A stretch of DNA of 64,000 bases from an uncultured Nitrospiraceae bacterium (lineage in GTDB: Bacteria; Nitrospirota; Thermodesulfovibrionia; Thermodesulfovibrionales; Dissulfurispiraceae). Numbering within the stretch: position 1 is the stretch's first letter; every line of letters begins with the position of its first letter. Under the pieces are notes generated by a model. That model was not told the DNA's origin. It was given only the letters and a program-made list of their open reading frames with translations, and made no database searches. The stretch covers positions 64,001 through 128,000 of the forward strand of contig CAVPIW010000012.1 in assembly GCA_963705105.1 (NCBI GenBank). Direction: 5' to 3'. Made by a program: the position numbers and the translations under genes. Below are positions 61,520 through 64,000 of the stretch, one piece after another.

Positions 61520-62494
61520 CTATGTTCTGCCCGGACGCTTAATGAATGTCGCTTTTGCGGTTTGTTTGTCTCGATTTGTTTTTTTTGGACTGCCCTTGTT
61601 AACCATGATCTCACGCCTTGTGGCAAGGAGCATGTCTTTGAGCTGCGCCTGGAGTGACATTAGATCATTTTTCTTGTATATGATCTGTTTGAAATGTTCA
61701 ACATCGAAGGGACTGTCTTTCTTTCGCTGAGACAGGAGAATTGTGGGTTTTCCGAGTGCGTGGGCATAACCCGTTTCGTAGAACACATTAGGGCTTTTAT
61801 CGGTCATCTCGGAGATGATTATATCTGCCTTTCTGATGCATTCGTAAATCTTCTGCAATATGTCGTGAGGGAGCTTGATCTCGTCCACCTTTTCGCATCT
61901 CATACCGAGACTCTCAACGGCGGTTTTGATGCCCAATTCATAAATATTCTTGAATTTTTGGCGAAAGGGAATTTGAACAAACACATAGAAACGGCCTAAA
62001 AAATGAAGCCACTCTTCATTGGATTTCATGCCGTCCGTAATGGTACCGACGAATATCTTGAGGTTCTGAACATCGTCATTAGAGAAAGTAGCGCATTGGC
62101 CGTGCTCACGTTTGTTTTCCACTTTAAGAAGGCCGAACACCTGCTTCCCAATGAGAAGCGGCAAGCCGACGAGGGACCAGCAGTAAAAGCCTTTCTTTTT
62201 CCAGAGCTCTCTATCATATTTACCGGCGTGGTTGGAATGTTTTTCTATTTCTTCGCGAGAGTTGGCTATGAATGTGTTTCCCTGGGCGATCCAACCGGTG
62301 ATTCCCTCTCCGGGCTTATACCTGGCTTTCCCGACCAGATTTTGATTATAACCGTGGGAAGCGCGCATCACGAACTCCTCGTCCTCTTTCAGGTAGATCG
62401 CGCCCGCATCGGCTCGAAGGAGTTGTACCGCACAACTGCAAATACGATTAATGTACTCATTAAATTCATCGATTTTTCGTTCCTGCGGTTTCAT
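61520..62494 (-). CDS. GAF domain fused to nucleoside 2-deoxyribosyltransferase/TIR-like domain
   Basis: GEGITGWIA...SLVGLPL..FGLLKVENK...FSNDD (GAF); ADIIISEMTDKSPNVFYETGYAHALGKPTILL...PFDV. Confidence 0.8.
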   Translation of the reverse strand: MKPQERKIDEFNEYINRICSCAVQLLRADAGAIYLKEDEEFVMRASHGYNQNLVGKARYKPGEGITGWIAQGNTFIANSREEIEKHSNHAGKYDRELWKKKGFYCWSLVGLPLLIGKQVFGLLKVENKREHGQCATFSNDDVQNLKIFVGTITDGMKSNEEWLHFLGRFYVFVQIPFRQKFKNIYELGIKTAVESLGMRCEKVDEIKLPHDILQKIYECIRKADIIISEMTDKSPNVFYETGYAHALGKPTILLSQRKKDSPFDVEHFKQIIYKKNDLMSLQAQLKDMLLATRREIMVNKGSPKKTNRDKQTAKATFIKRPGRT

Positions 62495-63110
62495 CGTATT
62501 CCTCCTGCAAGGCCGTCTCGATAGGGCCGAATGATGATGACGGCAATCCGCGACTCAGGATTTCTGTCGTAACTATACCATACTTTGAACCGGCTGAAAA
62601 TAATGCCGGAGTCTCAAGAAACGCTATAATATTAATGTCCCAATCATGATCTGATCAAGAGTCGTTTGGTTGAAGAGAAACTTTCTCGGTCAGTACGAGA
62701 CACTTGTCCGATATGAAAAGCCTGACGCCCCTGAGTCCCCTTTCTTTTGAAATGCCTCAGAAAGGCAACCAAGCATGCCTTGTCATTCATTCTTCGTCCC
62801 ATCTGCCATCCAGAGAATCTACGGGTACCCGCACTGAGCAACCTCCACGACCACTAGAACAGCTATGGTCCATGCCTTCCCTCCCCAGCTCCGCTTCAAT
62901 CCCATCCCATCAGGGTACACATAGGGGCACGGCAGAAGATCCCAATGAACACTATCGAATAATTCGAGCAGGGAAAGGCTTCATGCAGACATCGTAAAAC
63001 TCAACTTTTCTCTCTTATCCGTTGAGTTCGGGTCAACCCGAAGAGAGTGTATCGGGAGACGTTCAAAAGAGATATGTCATAAATCAACCAGTTATTCAGG
63101 GCGCCGCCGA

Positions 63111-63125
63111 TGGCAAGGCATTTGC
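63111..63125 (+). promoter_or_regulatory. Sigma-54 promoter
   Basis: TGGCAAGGCATTTGC, strong -24/-12 match 45 nt before ATG 63170. Confidence 0.75.
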
Positions 63126-63169
63126 TCTAATAAAAACAAAACGGTTTCACACATCAAGGGAGGTGCTGA

Positions 63170-64000
63170 ATGAAAGCGGAAATGAAGACGAGAGGTTTCC
63201 TGAGAGGAACGATGGAAGGCCCCGGAATCGTGTCCTTGCGCTGTGGTCTCTTCCTCATGGCTCTGTTTTTCCTCATCGTAAGGTCCACGGCCTTTGCGCA
63301 GGTTCCGGCCCAGGCGGTGAACAACTCCACATCGACCCGGTGCGCCGAGGAAGACAACGTCACCATCCCCCTTTTCGGAATGGTGACGTCTTTCCATATC
63401 GAGGCGACACACCCGGTCCCCCCTATTGGAGTGGATTCCTGCGCAGCGGACTTCACCAATTGCGGTCAGCCGACGGGTCCGTCATTCCCTGTTGCGAATC
63501 CAGGCACATTCAAGCTCTATGACGACGGGATCACCGTTGTCGATGCGGTCCGCGAATCCACCTGGTGGAGACCCGAGGCGATGGCTGTGCAGGTCAATGC
63601 CGGCGGCAGCCTGTCCGATATCCACTACATGAGGATCTACCGCAAGATAGCGGACGAATCATCGTGGCCTCAGGTGCTCGTTCTCTACGCCGACGGGAAC
63701 CTGAGGCTGATCCCCCATCCCCCCAGGGGCGCCGGCAGCGTCTGCTTCGGGAGCTCCGTCATCGTCGGCCCCGTGGAGCAGGGTGCGAGACCGTTTGCGG
63801 ACATCAGCTCCGTGAACTTTAACACCTCAGGGCAGACCCTGACTGTCAGCTACCGCAACGGCGGCTCCGCCGTCATTGCATTGCAGGAAATGAACCGCAG
63901 CGTGACCCGTGTGCGGGTGACGGTGAATTACCCGACAGACACGCTGCCCCTTGCCGTGTTCCGGAGCATGTTTGTGACTGAAGGGAACGCTGATGCGGAC
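63170..64000 (+). CDS. Secreted hypothetical protein, runs off window end
   Basis: GGAGG RBS; open frame of 277 codons; signal-like LFLMALFFLIVRSTAFA; CAEEDNV, IEATHP, FGSS, FRSMFV. Confidence 0.75.
   Translation, partial: MKAEMKTRGFLRGTMEGPGIVSLRCGLFLMALFFLIVRSTAFAQVPAQAVNNSTSTRCAEEDNVTIPLFGMVTSFHIEATHPVPPIGVDSCAADFTNCGQPTGPSFPVANPGTFKLYDDGITVVDAVRESTWWRPEAMAVQVNAGGSLSDIHYMRIYRKIADESSWPQVLVLYADGNLRLIPHPPRGAGSVCFGSSVIVGPVEQGARPFADISSVNFNTSGQTLTVSYRNGGSAVIALQEMNRSVTRVRVTVNYPTDTLPLAVFRSMFVTEGNADAD

Overview
GC-rich bacterial chromosomal window. Gene content and order (TIGR03960-type radical SAM-rng-larE, nadA, sigma-54 promoters, a Sec-type rhodanese) suggest an anaerobe of Nitrospirota/Desulfobacterota type; this is inference only. 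1-15.6 kb: a minus-strand stress cluster (BON, CsbD x2, small membrane proteins, ABM monooxygenase, B12 radical SAM, RNB nuclease, a FecR/DUF6600-like protein with a repeat tail, mgtA, M23 peptidase, cupin). It is bracketed by a ~670 bp duplication and has sigma-54 promoters with a 27-bp palindrome exactly 103 bp upstream, next to a decayed enhancer-binding-protein gene. 17.9-23.2 kb: napAGHBD of Campylobacterota-like architecture. 24-38 kb: housekeeping genes, ending in a lipoprotein rhodanese with an in-frame UGA and a SECIS-like hairpin. 38-44.5 kb: an integron-type cassette array (two canonical attC sites, a hicAB cassette) disrupted by IS481-like and IS1634 elements, then relBE. 48.7-56 kb: a class III PHA cluster (phaEC, reductase, thiolase) with two GNATs and two phasin-like unknown proteins. 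56-64 kb: AAA ATPase, two vapBC pairs, an IS21 remnant and a GAF + nucleoside-deoxyribosyltransferase/TIR-like fusion. About a dozen copies of a modular intergenic repeat family are spread through the window. No rRNA, tRNA or CRISPR array was seen.
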